Shown: positions 7,946 to 18,091 of the stretch, piece by piece
Numbering within the stretch: position 1 is the first letter of the stretch
How the letters are laid out: every line of letters starts with the position of its first letter
Assembly (NCBI GenBank): GCA_944386835.1
Contig: CALXCQ010000114.1
Location: 4,184-68,183 of the forward strand
Direction of reading: 5' to 3'
DNA: 64,000 nt
DNA from: an uncultured Oscillospiraceae bacterium
Lineage (GTDB): Bacteria > Bacillota > Clostridia > Oscillospirales > Oscillospiraceae
Made by a program: the position numbers and the translations under genes
The notes under the pieces: model-generated
The model's database searches: none
What the model saw: only the letters and a program-made list of their open reading frames with translations
Told to the model about the DNA's origin: nothing

Positions 7946-9674
7946 ACGACTGTCAGCTTGTATTCGGGAATACAAGCGTGATACGATTCTCTCTCCAATT
8001 TACGTGACCCTGGAAGTGGTCATGGATGTTTTAATTCCCCTGCTTATGGCAAAGCTCATTGACAACGGTGTAGATAAAGGTGATCTGTCTTACATTGTAA
8101 AAATGGGACTCATTCTTGTAGTTTGCTGCATTGTCTCTTTGACATTTGGCGCTCTTTCCGGTCGAAGCGCGGCCATAGCCTCTGCCGGATTCGGAAAAAA
8201 TCTACGCCATGATCTCTATCACCATGTACAGGATTTTTCCTTTACCAATATTGATAATTTCTCCACGGCCTCGCTGGTCACCCGTATGACAACCGACGTC
8301 ACCAATGTACAGAACTCCTTTCAGATGCTGATCCGAATTGCTGTCCGTTGCCCCATTATGTTGATCTTTGCTCTGGTAATGGCCTTTCAAATTAATGCCT
8401 CTTTGGCATGGATTTTTCTGGTAGTTCTCCCTATTTTGGCTGTTGGGCTGGCTCTTATGATGACAAAAGTACATCCCATTTTCAAACGCGTCTTTAAAAC
8501 TTATGACAAACTCAACAGTGTAGTTCAGGAGAATTTGCGGGGAATTCGGGTCGTAAAGTCTTTTGTGCGCGAAGACCATGAAATAAAAAAATTTGATAAA
8601 GTATCCTCCCAAATTTACTCCGATTTTAAAAAAGCAGAAATTCTTATCTCCCTGAACAATCCCTTAATGAATTTCTGTGTCTATGCTTGTATGATCATGA
8701 TCAGCTGGATGGGTGCCAAACTAATTATCACGTCTCACGGTTCTTCCATGACAACCGGTGAACTGATGAGCATGATCTCCTACATCATGCAAATCCTTAT
8801 GAGTCTGATGATGGTATCCATGGTCTTCATGATGATTATTATGGCACGTGCTTCAGCTGAGAGAATCTCTCAAGTGCTGACGGAAGAGCCTTCCATCGAA
8901 GACCCTGTCAATCCGGTCATGCAGGTGCCTGATGGTTCCATTTCCTTTGAAGATGTAGTATTTTCTTATGCCCGTCATGCCGAACACCCTGTTCTGGACC
9001 ACATCAATCTGGAAATCCATTCCGGGGAAACCATTGGTATTATTGGCGGTACCGGCTCTTCTAAATCCAGCCTGGTACAATTAATTCCCCGCTTATATGA
9101 TGTCACCTCCGGCTGTGTAAAAGTTGGCGGTATTGATGTAAGAAACTACGATTTGGAAACCTTACGCAATGAAGTGGCAATGGTTCTACAGAAAAATGTA
9201 CTGTTCTCAGGTACGATTAAAGAAAATCTTCGTTGGGGCAATGAAAACGCCACTGATGAAGAACTGGTACATGTCTGCCAGCTGGCGCAGGCTGATTCCT
9301 TTATCCGACAGTTCCCCAAAGGATATGATACTTATATTGAGCAAGGCGGCTCTAACGTTTCCGGTGGGCAAAGACAGCGTCTGTGTATTGCCCGTGCTCT
9401 GTTAAAGAAGCCAAAAATTCTGATTTTGGATGACTCTACCTCCGCCGTAGATACGAAAACGGATGCCTTGATTCGCAAGGCCTTTGCCACTGAAATTCCC
9501 GATACCACAAAGTTAATTATTGCCCAGAGAATCTCCTCGGTGCAAGATGCCGATAAGATTCTGGTTTTAGACAACGGTAAAATCGGCGCATTTGGTACCC
9601 ATGAAGAGCTGCTGGCTACAAATACAATTTACCGGGAAGTCTATGAATCTCAAACCAGAAAGGAGGACCGGTAA
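7938..9674 (+). CDS. ABC exporter, fused permease/ATPase, subunit 1 of a heterodimer (degenerate-site partner)
   Basis: Six-TM domain plus an NBD. The Walker A is GGTGSSKSS and the signature is VSGGQRQR. The Walker B reads ILILDDSTSAVD, so the catalytic Glu position is Asp. Confidence 0.9.
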   Translation: MIKRLSACIREYKRDTILSPIYVTLEVVMDVLIPLLMAKLIDNGVDKGDLSYIVKMGLILVVCCIVSLTFGALSGRSAAIASAGFGKNLRHDLYHHVQDFSFTNIDNFSTASLVTRMTTDVTNVQNSFQMLIRIAVRCPIMLIFALVMAFQINASLAWIFLVVLPILAVGLALMMTKVHPIFKRVFKTYDKLNSVVQENLRGIRVVKSFVREDHEIKKFDKVSSQIYSDFKKAEILISLNNPLMNFCVYACMIMISWMGAKLIITSHGSSMTTGELMSMISYIMQILMSLMMVSMVFMMIIMARASAERISQVLTEEPSIEDPVNPVMQVPDGSISFEDVVFSYARHAEHPVLDHINLEIHSGETIGIIGGTGSSKSSLVQLIPRLYDVTSGCVKVGGIDVRNYDLETLRNEVAMVLQKNVLFSGTIKENLRWGNENATDEELVHVCQLAQADSFIRQFPKGYDTYIEQGGSNVSGGQRQRLCIARALLKKPKILILDDSTSAVDTKTDALIRKAFATEIPDTTKLIIAQRISSVQDADKILVLDNGKIGAFGTHEELLATNTIYREVYESQTRKEDR

Positions 9675-9675
9675 T

Positions 9676-11595
9676 ATGCCCCCTGTTCCCCATAGAGGAG
9701 GCCCCAATGGCGCAAACCAAGGGCCGGTCAATTTTAAAGCGTTGGATAAAACTACGTTTCGACGCCTCATGTCCTACCTGTTTTCATATAAGAAAACCTT
9801 ATTGGTGGTACTGTTCTGCATTCTGATTTCATCTTTGACTTCTGTGATCGGGACTATGTTTTTACAGATCATTATTGATGATTACATCCAGCCGCTGATG
9901 ACCCAATCTGCCCCTGTTCTAACGGGTTTAATGAAAGTTATTGGCACTATGGCGATCATTTACATGGCCGGGGTAGTGGCCAGCTTATTTCAGGGTATTT
10001 TCATGGCCCGTATCAGCCAGGGTGTTTTAAAGACCATACGGGATGAAATGTTTTCCCATATGCAAACGCTCCCTATTCGCTATTTTGACACGCATACCCA
10101 TGGCGACATAATGAGCCATTATACCAACGATACAGACACCCTCCGGCAAATGATCACCCAAAGTATTCCTAACTTATTCTCCTCTGGAATTACCATTATT
10201 GCCGTTTTCGTCGCAATGCTGATTACCAGTCCTATCCTGACTGTGTTTGTCATTATTTCTATTTTCTCAATGCTCCTTTTCACAAAATTCGTCGGCGGGA
10301 AGTCTGCCACCTACTTTGTGGGACAACAGCGCTCTCTGGGAGCCATGAATGGCTATATCGAGGAAATGATCCAGGGGCAAAAGGTGGTAAAGGTATTCTG
10401 TCACGAGGAAAAAAATAAGGAAGAATTTGACCGCCGAAATGAAGAATTGTGCGAAAACGCTACCTTAGCCAACATCTACGCCAATATCTTAATGCCAATT
10501 ATGGCTAATCTGGGAAATCTGCAATATGTTTTGATCGCTATTTTGGGCGGCGCTTTGGCCATTGTTTCCGGTGGCCAGCTGATGACACTGGGTGGAATTG
10601 CCACCTTCCTCAATCTCTCCAAAAGCTTTACCCGTCCTGTTTCCCAAATTTCCCAGCAAATCAACTCCGTCATCACGGCTCTGGCCGGTGCTCAGCGAAT
10701 TTTCCATCTGTTAGACGAGGAATCAGAAAAGGATAACGGTTACGTCACGTTGGTCAATGCCAAATACACCGATGGCGGCCAACTTGTAGAAACGCCGGAG
10801 CACACTGGCCTTTGGGCCTGGAAGCATCCCCACGAAGATGGTACGCTTACCTATGTGCCGCTACGTGGCGATGTTCGTTTCCTGGATGTAGACTTCGCTT
10901 ACGAAGAGGGCAAAACTGTCCTCCATAATGTGTCCCTTTATGCCAAACCCGGTCAAAAGATCGCGTTTGTCGGTGCTACTGGCGCAGGAAAAACCACAAT
11001 CACCAATTTAATTAACCGGTTCTATGACATTGCTGACGGCAAAATCCGATACGATAATATTAACATCAATAAAATTAAAAAACCGGATTTACGTCATTCA
11101 TTAGGAATTGTTCTGCAAGATGTCAACCTCTTTACCGGCACAGTCATGGATAATATCCGATATGGCAAGCTGGATGCAACAGATGAAGAGTGTATTGCTG
11201 CCGCTAAACTGGCGAATGCCCATGACTTCATTATGATGCTTCCAGAAGGCTACCAAACTGTCCTGAGCGGTGATGGATCCGGTTTGAGCCAGGGACAGCG
11301 ACAGTTGCTTTCCATCGCCCGTGCCGCAGTTGCCGATCCGCCGGTCATGATTCTGGATGAAGCCACTTCTTCCATTGATACCCGAACAGAATCCATTGTG
11401 CAAAGGGGTATGGATCAGCTAATGCACGGACGGACCGCCTTCGTAATCGCTCACCGGCTTTCCACTGTACAAAATGCTGATGCTATCATGGTACTGGAAC
11501 AGGGTCGGATTATTGAGCGGGGAAGTCACGAAGATCTGATTGCACAGCATGGTCAGTATTATCAGCTTTACACTGGCGCATTTGAGTTGGAATAA
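9676..11595 (+). CDS. ABC exporter, fused permease/ATPase, subunit 2 of a heterodimer
   Basis: Walker A GATGAGKTT, a canonical Walker B MILDEATSSID, and a non-canonical signature LSQGQRQL. AAGGAGG precedes ATG 9676, which lies 1 nt after the upstream stop. Confidence 0.9.
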   Translation: MPPVPHRGGPNGANQGPVNFKALDKTTFRRLMSYLFSYKKTLLVVLFCILISSLTSVIGTMFLQIIIDDYIQPLMTQSAPVLTGLMKVIGTMAIIYMAGVVASLFQGIFMARISQGVLKTIRDEMFSHMQTLPIRYFDTHTHGDIMSHYTNDTDTLRQMITQSIPNLFSSGITIIAVFVAMLITSPILTVFVIISIFSMLLFTKFVGGKSATYFVGQQRSLGAMNGYIEEMIQGQKVVKVFCHEEKNKEEFDRRNEELCENATLANIYANILMPIMANLGNLQYVLIAILGGALAIVSGGQLMTLGGIATFLNLSKSFTRPVSQISQQINSVITALAGAQRIFHLLDEESEKDNGYVTLVNAKYTDGGQLVETPEHTGLWAWKHPHEDGTLTYVPLRGDVRFLDVDFAYEEGKTVLHNVSLYAKPGQKIAFVGATGAGKTTITNLINRFYDIADGKIRYDNININKIKKPDLRHSLGIVLQDVNLFTGTVMDNIRYGKLDATDEECIAAAKLANAHDFIMMLPEGYQTVLSGDGSGLSQGQRQLLSIARAAVADPPVMILDEATSSIDTRTESIVQRGMDQLMHGRTAFVIAHRLSTVQNADAIMVLEQGRIIERGSHEDLIAQHGQYYQLYTGAFELE

Positions 11596-11717
11596 TCTTT
11601 CTGTAAACGCCATAACACTGCCTGGTGGTCACCGATGTACCTTCCGGTTTTAAGCGGAATAAGCCGGCTAAACGGTACAGGTAAGAAATCGCTCATCAGT
11701 TTCCATACTGTTTAAAA

Positions 11718-11752
11718 ACGCAGAGGGTTTGGTTATACCAAACCCTCTGCGT
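11718..11752. terminator. bidirectional rho-independent terminator
   Basis: The hairpin is acgcagagggtttgg-ttat-accaaaccctctgcgt, with an A-run before it and a T-rich tail after it. Confidence 0.7.
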
Positions 11753-11770
11753 TTATTTGTTTTGCTTTTG

Positions 11771-12643
11771 TTATCTTTGTGTTCCCACGAAAAAGAGCGC
11801 CACGGTTCCAGGTCCAGAATGGGACCCAATCACTGGGCCTACATAGTTAATAATTACTTCTTTTACACCAAATTTCTCCCGAATTTTCTGAGCCATTTCC
11901 GAAACTTCCTCACCACAATCCCCATGACTAATGAAGATTGTCTGTTCCTCCGGATGAATAGCCGTCTGTTCCATTTTCTCTACCAGCGCCGTTAAAGAAG
12001 CCTTTCTTCCTCTGGCTTTCGCCACCGGGATTAAGTGACCTGCATTGTCTACATGCATAACTGGTTTGATTTGTAGCAGAGAACCTACTGCTGCAGTCGT
12101 CGTCGAAATTCTGCCGCCGCGCTTTAAGAAGTGAAGATCATCTACGGTGAACCAATGGCAAATATGCAGTTTCGTTGCCTCCGCGTAGTCATATGCTTCT
12201 TGCAAACTTTTTCCCGCTAATCTCTGCTTTGCTGTTAGATAACACAAAAGCCCCTGTCCCAGGGACGCACATAACGTATCCACCACCAAGATTTTTCGCT
12301 GGGGATACTGCTCAGCAAGCTCTTCTGCCGCAATTCGGGCAGCATTAAAAGTATTGCTCAACCCGGAGGAAAAAGCCAATACGAGTACATCGCGTCCTTC
12401 TTCCAAGACAGGACGAATGACAGAAATCCACCCTTCCGGATTGACTGCCGTAGTTTTGGTCTGTTCGCCAGCGCGCAAGCCTGCATAGAATTCCTGAATA
12501 TTTAACTGCCGACCGTCTAAATAGTTGGCATACTCCTGACCTTTATACTGTACCGACAGCGGCACCACTTGAAGCTCCATCTGGTCTGCCAGTTCCTGCG
12601 TCAAGTCGCAGGAAGAATCCGTTACAATACAATAAGACTGCAT
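11771..12643 (-). CDS. DegV-family fatty-acid-binding protein
   Basis: IVTDSSCDL at the N-terminus, plus GPGTVALFF near the C-terminus. GGGAGGGA precedes ATG 12643. Confidence 0.9.
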   Translation of the reverse strand: MQSYCIVTDSSCDLTQELADQMELQVVPLSVQYKGQEYANYLDGRQLNIQEFYAGLRAGEQTKTTAVNPEGWISVIRPVLEEGRDVLVLAFSSGLSNTFNAARIAAEELAEQYPQRKILVVDTLCASLGQGLLCYLTAKQRLAGKSLQEAYDYAEATKLHICHWFTVDDLHFLKRGGRISTTTAAVGSLLQIKPVMHVDNAGHLIPVAKARGRKASLTALVEKMEQTAIHPEEQTIFISHGDCGEEVSEMAQKIREKFGVKEVIINYVGPVIGSHSGPGTVALFFVGTQR

Positions 12644-12745
12644 ACGCTTCCCTCCCAAAAACTTTTTCCTATCATAACACTTTTTTCCAAAAAAGTAAAA
12701 GTTTTTCTGTTACCGGGTTTTTAGATCCTCTGTATGGATATTTAT

Positions 12746-12778
12746 AAGAAACAGGGCGCAATATGCGCCCTGTTTCTT
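12746..12778 (-). terminator. hairpin overlapping the aminopeptidase stop codon (weak U-tract)
   Basis: The stem arms are aagaaacagggcgca and tgcgccctgtttctt. Confidence 0.4.
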
Positions 12779-14174
12779 ACTCAGCCTGATAAAAAGCCTC
12801 CATTGCCCGGTAGGTCATATAGCAGTCCAATTTACTGACCAGCTCATACGGCGCATGCATAGATAAGACCGGTACACCGGCATCCAGCGTGTCAATGTTA
12901 CGGTTTGCCATATAAACCGCCACTGTGCCACCGCCGCCTTGATCCACTTTGCCCAGTTCCGCCATTTGCCAAAGTATCTTCTTGTCATCCAGAATACGAC
13001 GAACTCCGGCCACCAACTCTGCCGAAGCGTCAGATGCTCCTGCCTTTCCCCTGGCCCCCGTATACTTACAAAGGGCCAAACCATAGTTCATTCTGGCATT
13101 GTTGCGTTTGTCTGATACTTCCGGATAAGTTGGGTCAAATCCATTGGTAACGTCTGCTGACATACAAATAGAATTGGCAAAACAGCGACGCCAAGAGCCG
13201 GACTGTGCCTGACACAATTCCTCCATAAAGGTTTCAAAGGCATGGCTTTGCATCCCACTGACACCTTCTGACCCAATTTCCTCTTTATCTGCTAAAATGC
13301 ACACACTGGAATATTCCGGAATCTCTTGTTTCAGCAAAGGTGCAAATGCGGCATAGGCACAGACTCGATCATCGTGACCATATGCGCCAATAAGACTTCT
13401 ATCCAGGCCCACATCCCGCGCTTTCATGGCTGGAACCAGACACAATTCGGCGGACAAAAAGTCCTCCTCTGTAATTCCATACTGTTGATATAAAAGTTGC
13501 AGGACCCCTACTTTAATCCGGTCAGAACCTTCGTCTTCCGCCAGAGGTACGGAGCCGACAATAACATTCAGGTTCTCACCAGGGATTCCATCGGCCAACG
13601 TCTTTCGCATCTGATCTCCTGATAAGTGTACCAATAAATCACTGATACAAAAAACCGGATCTTCCGCATCTTCCCCAATGACAATCGGGACTACGCTTCC
13701 ATCTTTTTTGGCCACAACCCCGTGCAGAGCCAACGGCACAGTTGGCCACTGATACTTTTTAATGCCACCATAATAGTGGGTTTTAAAGAGTGCCAGCTCT
13801 CCATCTTCATATAACGGATTCGGTTTCAAATCCAGTCTGGGAGAATCGATATGTGCCGCTGTGATCCGGGTTCCCATTTCGAAAGGTTGTTTCCCCACTG
13901 TGACAAATAAGATAGCCTTCCCTCGGTTGTTATAGTAGTACCGATCCCCCGGCTTTGCTGTCATTCCGGCTTCCCAGGCTACAAAGCCAGCTTTCTTAGC
14001 TAAGGCAATTGTCTCTTCAACTGCCTCCCGCTCTGTTTTTGCAGCATCCAAGAAACATTTATAGTCTCTGCTATAGCTTTCCATTGCCTCCCGATCCGGT
14101 TGCCCAATACTGTCGTAGCCATTTTTCGGTTGGTATAGTAGTGCTTTTCGTAATTCTTCCTTATTTTCCGCCAT
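12777..14174 (-). CDS. M18-family aminopeptidase (aspartyl aminopeptidase-like)
   Basis: Length of 465 aa, with AAHIDSPRLDLKP, GHDDRVC, DKEEIGS and SMHAPYE motifs characteristic of peptidase M18. Confidence 0.8.
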   Translation of the reverse strand: MAENKEELRKALLYQPKNGYDSIGQPDREAMESYSRDYKCFLDAAKTEREAVEETIALAKKAGFVAWEAGMTAKPGDRYYYNNRGKAILFVTVGKQPFEMGTRITAAHIDSPRLDLKPNPLYEDGELALFKTHYYGGIKKYQWPTVPLALHGVVAKKDGSVVPIVIGEDAEDPVFCISDLLVHLSGDQMRKTLADGIPGENLNVIVGSVPLAEDEGSDRIKVGVLQLLYQQYGITEEDFLSAELCLVPAMKARDVGLDRSLIGAYGHDDRVCAYAAFAPLLKQEIPEYSSVCILADKEEIGSEGVSGMQSHAFETFMEELCQAQSGSWRRCFANSICMSADVTNGFDPTYPEVSDKRNNARMNYGLALCKYTGARGKAGASDASAELVAGVRRILDDKKILWQMAELGKVDQGGGGTVAVYMANRNIDTLDAGVPVLSMHAPYELVSKLDCYMTYRAMEAFYQAE

Positions 14175-14772
14175 GGGAAATCCCTCCTATTATGGTTTGA
14201 AACAGTTTATCACATTTGTCTGCAAAGCTATGGATATCCTGTACATCGTTGTCTAACACATAGTCGCACTGACTGACAAATTCTCGGTTAGATTTTTGGG
14301 CCCGGATTCTTGCCAATGCATAGTCCTCTGAAATACCTTCACGCATTTGTAGCCGCCGAACCCGAAATTCTTCAGGCGCTATTACTGCTACCGTCACATC
14401 ACAAAGCTGTGCCAGGCCGCTTTCAAAAAGTCCTATGGCATCAATGGCCGCCAAAAGGCAGTTCTCCTTGCGCCAATCTTCTAATTGCCGACAGACTTCC
14501 TGACAGACATAGGGATGCGTAATCTCATTGAGTATCTGTAACGCTGAAGGCGTCTGAAAGACCTGCTTTCCCAGACTCTTCCGGTCCAAGATTCCCTCCT
14601 TTACCACTCCGGGGAATCTCTCTGAGATTGCCTGCAACATCGGTTGGTTCGTTTCCAACAGACTGTGATATACTACATCGCAGTCCAGAACCCGCCCACC
14701 CAGCGCCCTTACACTTGCAAGCGCCGTGGTTTTTCCACAACCAGAACCACCGGTAATCCCAATTACAATCAT
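14161..14772 (-). CDS. coaE: dephospho-CoA kinase
   Basis: The sequence begins MIVIGITGGSGCGKTT (P-loop) and is about 200 aa long. Its ATG overlaps the TGA of the upstream gene (ATGA). Confidence 0.85.
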   Translation of the reverse strand: MIVIGITGGSGCGKTTALASVRALGGRVLDCDVVYHSLLETNQPMLQAISERFPGVVKEGILDRKSLGKQVFQTPSALQILNEITHPYVCQEVCRQLEDWRKENCLLAAIDAIGLFESGLAQLCDVTVAVIAPEEFRVRRLQMREGISEDYALARIRAQKSNREFVSQCDYVLDNDVQDIHSFADKCDKLFQTIIGGISHGGK

Positions 14773-15800
14773 GTTTCCTCTCCTGAGACAATATGAAAAC
14801 CGGCAGCCTTTTTTAATCGATTCTGCACCGCATACGCCAGGCCCCCGCCTTCCGGACATCTGGCAAAAATAGTACCGATTTCCTTTTGGTCCAATTCCCG
14901 CAAAACCGCGAACAAGCTATGGGTCAAAGACGCCTCGTCTTCCCGACTTCCATAACTATGGGGATTCATACCCTCGTACAAAGATAGTTCTTCTTCGAAA
15001 CACAGTACTGCATTGCCCGGCTGAAAGTGGCGGCGGACATATGCTGCCGCATTTTCACTGTTTCCTGTGACAATCAACACATCCGCCTGGGGCGCATAGT
15101 GCTTGTATTTCATTCCTGGCGCCCGAACGACAGCATTTGGCGGCAAATTACCCAATACGGCCGGGTCCACCACCAGATCCCCCAGAGTTTCTCTTAAAGC
15201 CTCTGGTGTAATTCCGCCAGGCCTTAAAAGCCTGGGTCTTTCCTGTGTCAAGTCCACAATGGTAGATTCTACTCCCACCCGGCTGGGGCCATCGTCCACA
15301 ATTGCTTCAATTTTACCATCCAAATCGTACAGCACATGCTCGGCTGTAGTAGTGCTGGGCTTTCCAGAAAGGTTTGCAGACGGGGCAGCAATGGGAACTC
15401 CCGCCAAACGAATAATCTCCCGTGTGATCTCTGTTTCCGGGCAACGGACGGCCACAGTTTCCAGTCCTGCCGTCGTCTTGGCCGGAACAATCTGGCGACA
15501 TGGCAGCACCATAGTCAAAGGACCAGGCCAAAACCGCTCCGCCAGGCAATAAGCAGCCTGCGGAATATGATGGCAGTACCTTTCCAGCTCTTTCGTCTCC
15601 GCAATATGAATAATCAGAGGGTTGTCCTGTGGTCTGCCTTTTGCGGCAAAAATTTTCGAAACTGCCACCTCATCCAGCGCATTGGCCCCCAAGCCATAGA
15701 CTGTTTCGGTAGGAATGGCCACAAGACCGCCTGCTAACAGGATTTCCGCCGCCCGTTGTGCGGTTTCTGGTGCTTGCGCAGCTAAAACTTCTGTTTTCAT
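14769..15800 (-). CDS. tsaC: L-threonylcarbamoyladenylate synthase (Sua5/YwlC/TsaC type, with C-terminal Sua5 domain)
   Basis: Motifs VAIPTETVYGLGANAL and IAAPSANLSGKPS, with a length of 343 aa. Confidence 0.9.
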   Translation of the reverse strand: MKTEVLAAQAPETAQRAAEILLAGGLVAIPTETVYGLGANALDEVAVSKIFAAKGRPQDNPLIIHIAETKELERYCHHIPQAAYCLAERFWPGPLTMVLPCRQIVPAKTTAGLETVAVRCPETEITREIIRLAGVPIAAPSANLSGKPSTTTAEHVLYDLDGKIEAIVDDGPSRVGVESTIVDLTQERPRLLRPGGITPEALRETLGDLVVDPAVLGNLPPNAVVRAPGMKYKHYAPQADVLIVTGNSENAAAYVRRHFQPGNAVLCFEEELSLYEGMNPHSYGSREDEASLTHSLFAVLRELDQKEIGTIFARCPEGGGLAYAVQNRLKKAAGFHIVSGEET

Positions 15801-15805
15801 TACAA

Positions 15806-16879
15806 TCAGTCCTTTTCACTGCGTTGTAATCTTTCGGCCTGGTCAGCCGTTACTAGCGCATCAATCAGCTCATCCAAATCTCCGTCCATAATGGCATCGA
15901 TCCTGTAAAGTGTCAAACCGATTCGGTGATCCGTTACCCGACCCTGAGGAAAATTATAGGTGCGGATCCGTTCATTCCGCATTCCAGTCCCCACCTGGCT
16001 GCGACGTTCATTGGTCACTTCCGAGTTAATACGCTCCTGTTCAATTTCATAAAGCTTTGAGGCCAACATCTGCATACATCGCTCACGATTCTGCACCTGG
16101 CTCCGTTCTTCCTGACAAGAAACCACAATTCCAGAAGGTTTATGAATCAGTCGCACCGCGGAGGAAGTTTTGTTAATGTGCTGTCCACCTGCACCGGAGG
16201 AGCGGAATACCTGCATTTCAATGTCTTCCGGACGAATATCCACATCCACTTCTTCCATCTCCGGCAGCACCGCCACCGTTGCCGTAGACGTATGGACCCG
16301 ACCACCAGACTCCGTCTCCGGAACACGTTGCACTCTGTGCACACCGCTCTCAAATTTGAGCCGGGAATATGCTCCTTCTCCGTTAATGATAAAGTCTGCT
16401 TCCTTAACGCCGCCCAACTCTGTTTCGTTATAGTTGAGCAGTTCTATTTTCCAGTTCCGCGCTGCAGCATACATGGTATACATGCGAAAAAGGGAATGGG
16501 CAAACAGAGCGCTTTCTTCTCCGCCTACACCGCCGCGAATTTCCATAATGACGTTCTTTTCATCATTGGGGTCTTTGGGCAATAGCAGAATTTTCAGCTT
16601 CCCATGCAACTCTTCCAGCTCTTTTTTCCCCTGGGTAAACTCCTCCTGACACAGTTCCCGCATCTCACTGTCCAGTTGGCCGTCCAGCATTTCCCGCAAG
16701 TCCTTTATTTCTTGCTCTGTTTTTCTGTATTTCCGATAGGTAGTAACAACGGGTTCTAAATCCTTTTGCTCCTTTAAAAGCTTCGCCGCAAGTTTGGGAT
16801 CATTATAGAAGTCCGGTTGCAACGAGCGTTGTTCCAATTCCATATACCGGTCTTCCACCAGTCTCAGCTTGTCGAGCAT
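15806..16879 (-). CDS. prfA: peptide chain release factor 1
   Basis: A GGQ motif ([16 protein letters not shown]) and a PET-like tripeptide region ([17 protein letters not shown]). Confidence 0.95.
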   Translation of the reverse strand: MLDKLRLVEDRYMELEQRSLQPDFYNDPKLAAKLLKEQKDLEPVVTTYRKYRKTEQEIKDLREMLDGQLDSEMRELCQEEFTQGKKELEELHGKLKILLLPKDPNDEKNVIMEIRGGVGGEESALFAHSLFRMYTMYAAARNWKIELLNYNETELGGVKEADFIINGEGAYSRLKFESGVHRVQRVPETESGGRVHTSTATVAVLPEMEEVDVDIRPEDIEMQVFRSSGAGGQHINKTSSAVRLIHKPSGIVVSCQEERSQVQNRERCMQMLASKLYEIEQERINSEVTNERRSQVGTGMRNERIRTYNFPQGRVTDHRIGLTLYRIDAIMDGDLDELIDALVTADQAERLQRSEKD

Positions 16880-16921
16880 ATTTGGTTCCTCTTTTCTGTT
16901 CTTGATTTTCAAACGTTTTTA

Positions 16922-17752
16922 CTATACCATGTCTCTCTCCTCGTGTAAATCAGTTGGAGTATAGAGATTAAAAATCACCTGGGCCGTGTCCTGCAAAGTC
17001 TGTGTTTGGGCTAAGCGCTGAGCACCTTCTTTGGTAATCCGCCAATAGTGAGGAGTCATCGCCAGCAAATTCTGCACCTGGCGATTGGAATTTACACGGA
17101 AAGAAAATTCTAGTGTCTGAGACTGTATCCGTGTAAAACCAGGCAGCTGTGGATGGATATTCTTTTCTTTATGGAGGATTTCCGGATAGATAATATTTTT
17201 CAGGCCCATAAGATGATCTGGTCCTGCCAGGACTTGTAAAAAGGCACCATCGGAACACAGTACACGGCGAAATTCCTCTGGGACCGTCATAGCAAACATA
17301 CACAAAACGCAGGAAAAGCTATTGTCAGGAAACGGTAGCTGGGCCGCCGTTGCCGTGAGCCAGAGTCCTTTCGGGTTACGCACAGCGGCGTAGCGAACGG
17401 CTTCTTTCGAAATGTCTACGCCAACACACTGCTTCTCCGGCAGCGCCTGAGATACCTTTGCCAGATAATACCCTTCTCCGCATCCCACATCCAAAAGTGG
17501 CCCCGAACCTGTGGCGCGCAACCATTTTACCAGCATCTGCACAATGGGCTCATAATATCCCCCGTCCAGGAATTCTTTTCTGGCTGCAACCATCTGTCTG
17601 GTATCTCCTGGGTTCTTCGAATGTTTTTGGTTCACAGTCAGCAAATTAACATATCCTTGGCGAGCAACGTCGAAACTGTGTCCTTTGACACAATACCACT
17701 GCCGCTCTCCAAGCTTAAGCACTTCTCCACAAACCGGACAAAGGATTCTCAT
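16922..17752 (-). CDS. RlmA-family rRNA (guanine-N1)-methyltransferase-like protein
   Basis: An N-terminal zinc ribbon, CPVCGEVL...YCVKGHSFDVARQGYVNLL, followed by the SAM motif LDVGCGEGYY. Confidence 0.7.
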   Translation of the reverse strand: MRILCPVCGEVLKLGERQWYCVKGHSFDVARQGYVNLLTVNQKHSKNPGDTRQMVAARKEFLDGGYYEPIVQMLVKWLRATGSGPLLDVGCGEGYYLAKVSQALPEKQCVGVDISKEAVRYAAVRNPKGLWLTATAAQLPFPDNSFSCVLCMFAMTVPEEFRRVLCSDGAFLQVLAGPDHLMGLKNIIYPEILHKEKNIHPQLPGFTRIQSQTLEFSFRVNSNRQVQNLLAMTPHYWRITKEGAQRLAQTQTLQDTAQVIFNLYTPTDLHEERDMV

Positions 17753-18035
17753 TTTCTTCCTCTTATCTTTCCTGTTTTTTCTTATTTTACCCCATTGCCT
17801 CACTGACGTCAAATTTCTTCTGCTCCGTGGGTTTATGAATGAAAAAGGACCGTTTTCTTTTCAGAGAAAATTTCTGTTAAAGTATCAAAATGATGGAATC
17901 CATCTTTTACGGAAACCGTTCACTCGTTGAACAAGATCCAATTACAATTTCTGTATCTGGATCTTTTATTCCATGGCTCCTGGTGCTCCATCCCTCCTGT
18001 TTTGACAGGTCACTCTTTTTTACCAGCCAAACTGA

Positions 18036-18072
18036 AAACAGGCAGCCGATTTTCTCAGCTGCCCGTTTCTTT
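18036..18072 (-). terminator. hairpin terminator after the sigma/anti-sigma pair
   Basis: The stem arms on the plus strand are acaggcagc and gctgcccgt, with one mismatch. Confidence 0.45.
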
Positions 18073-18091
18073 CTCTACAATATTTTCAAAA

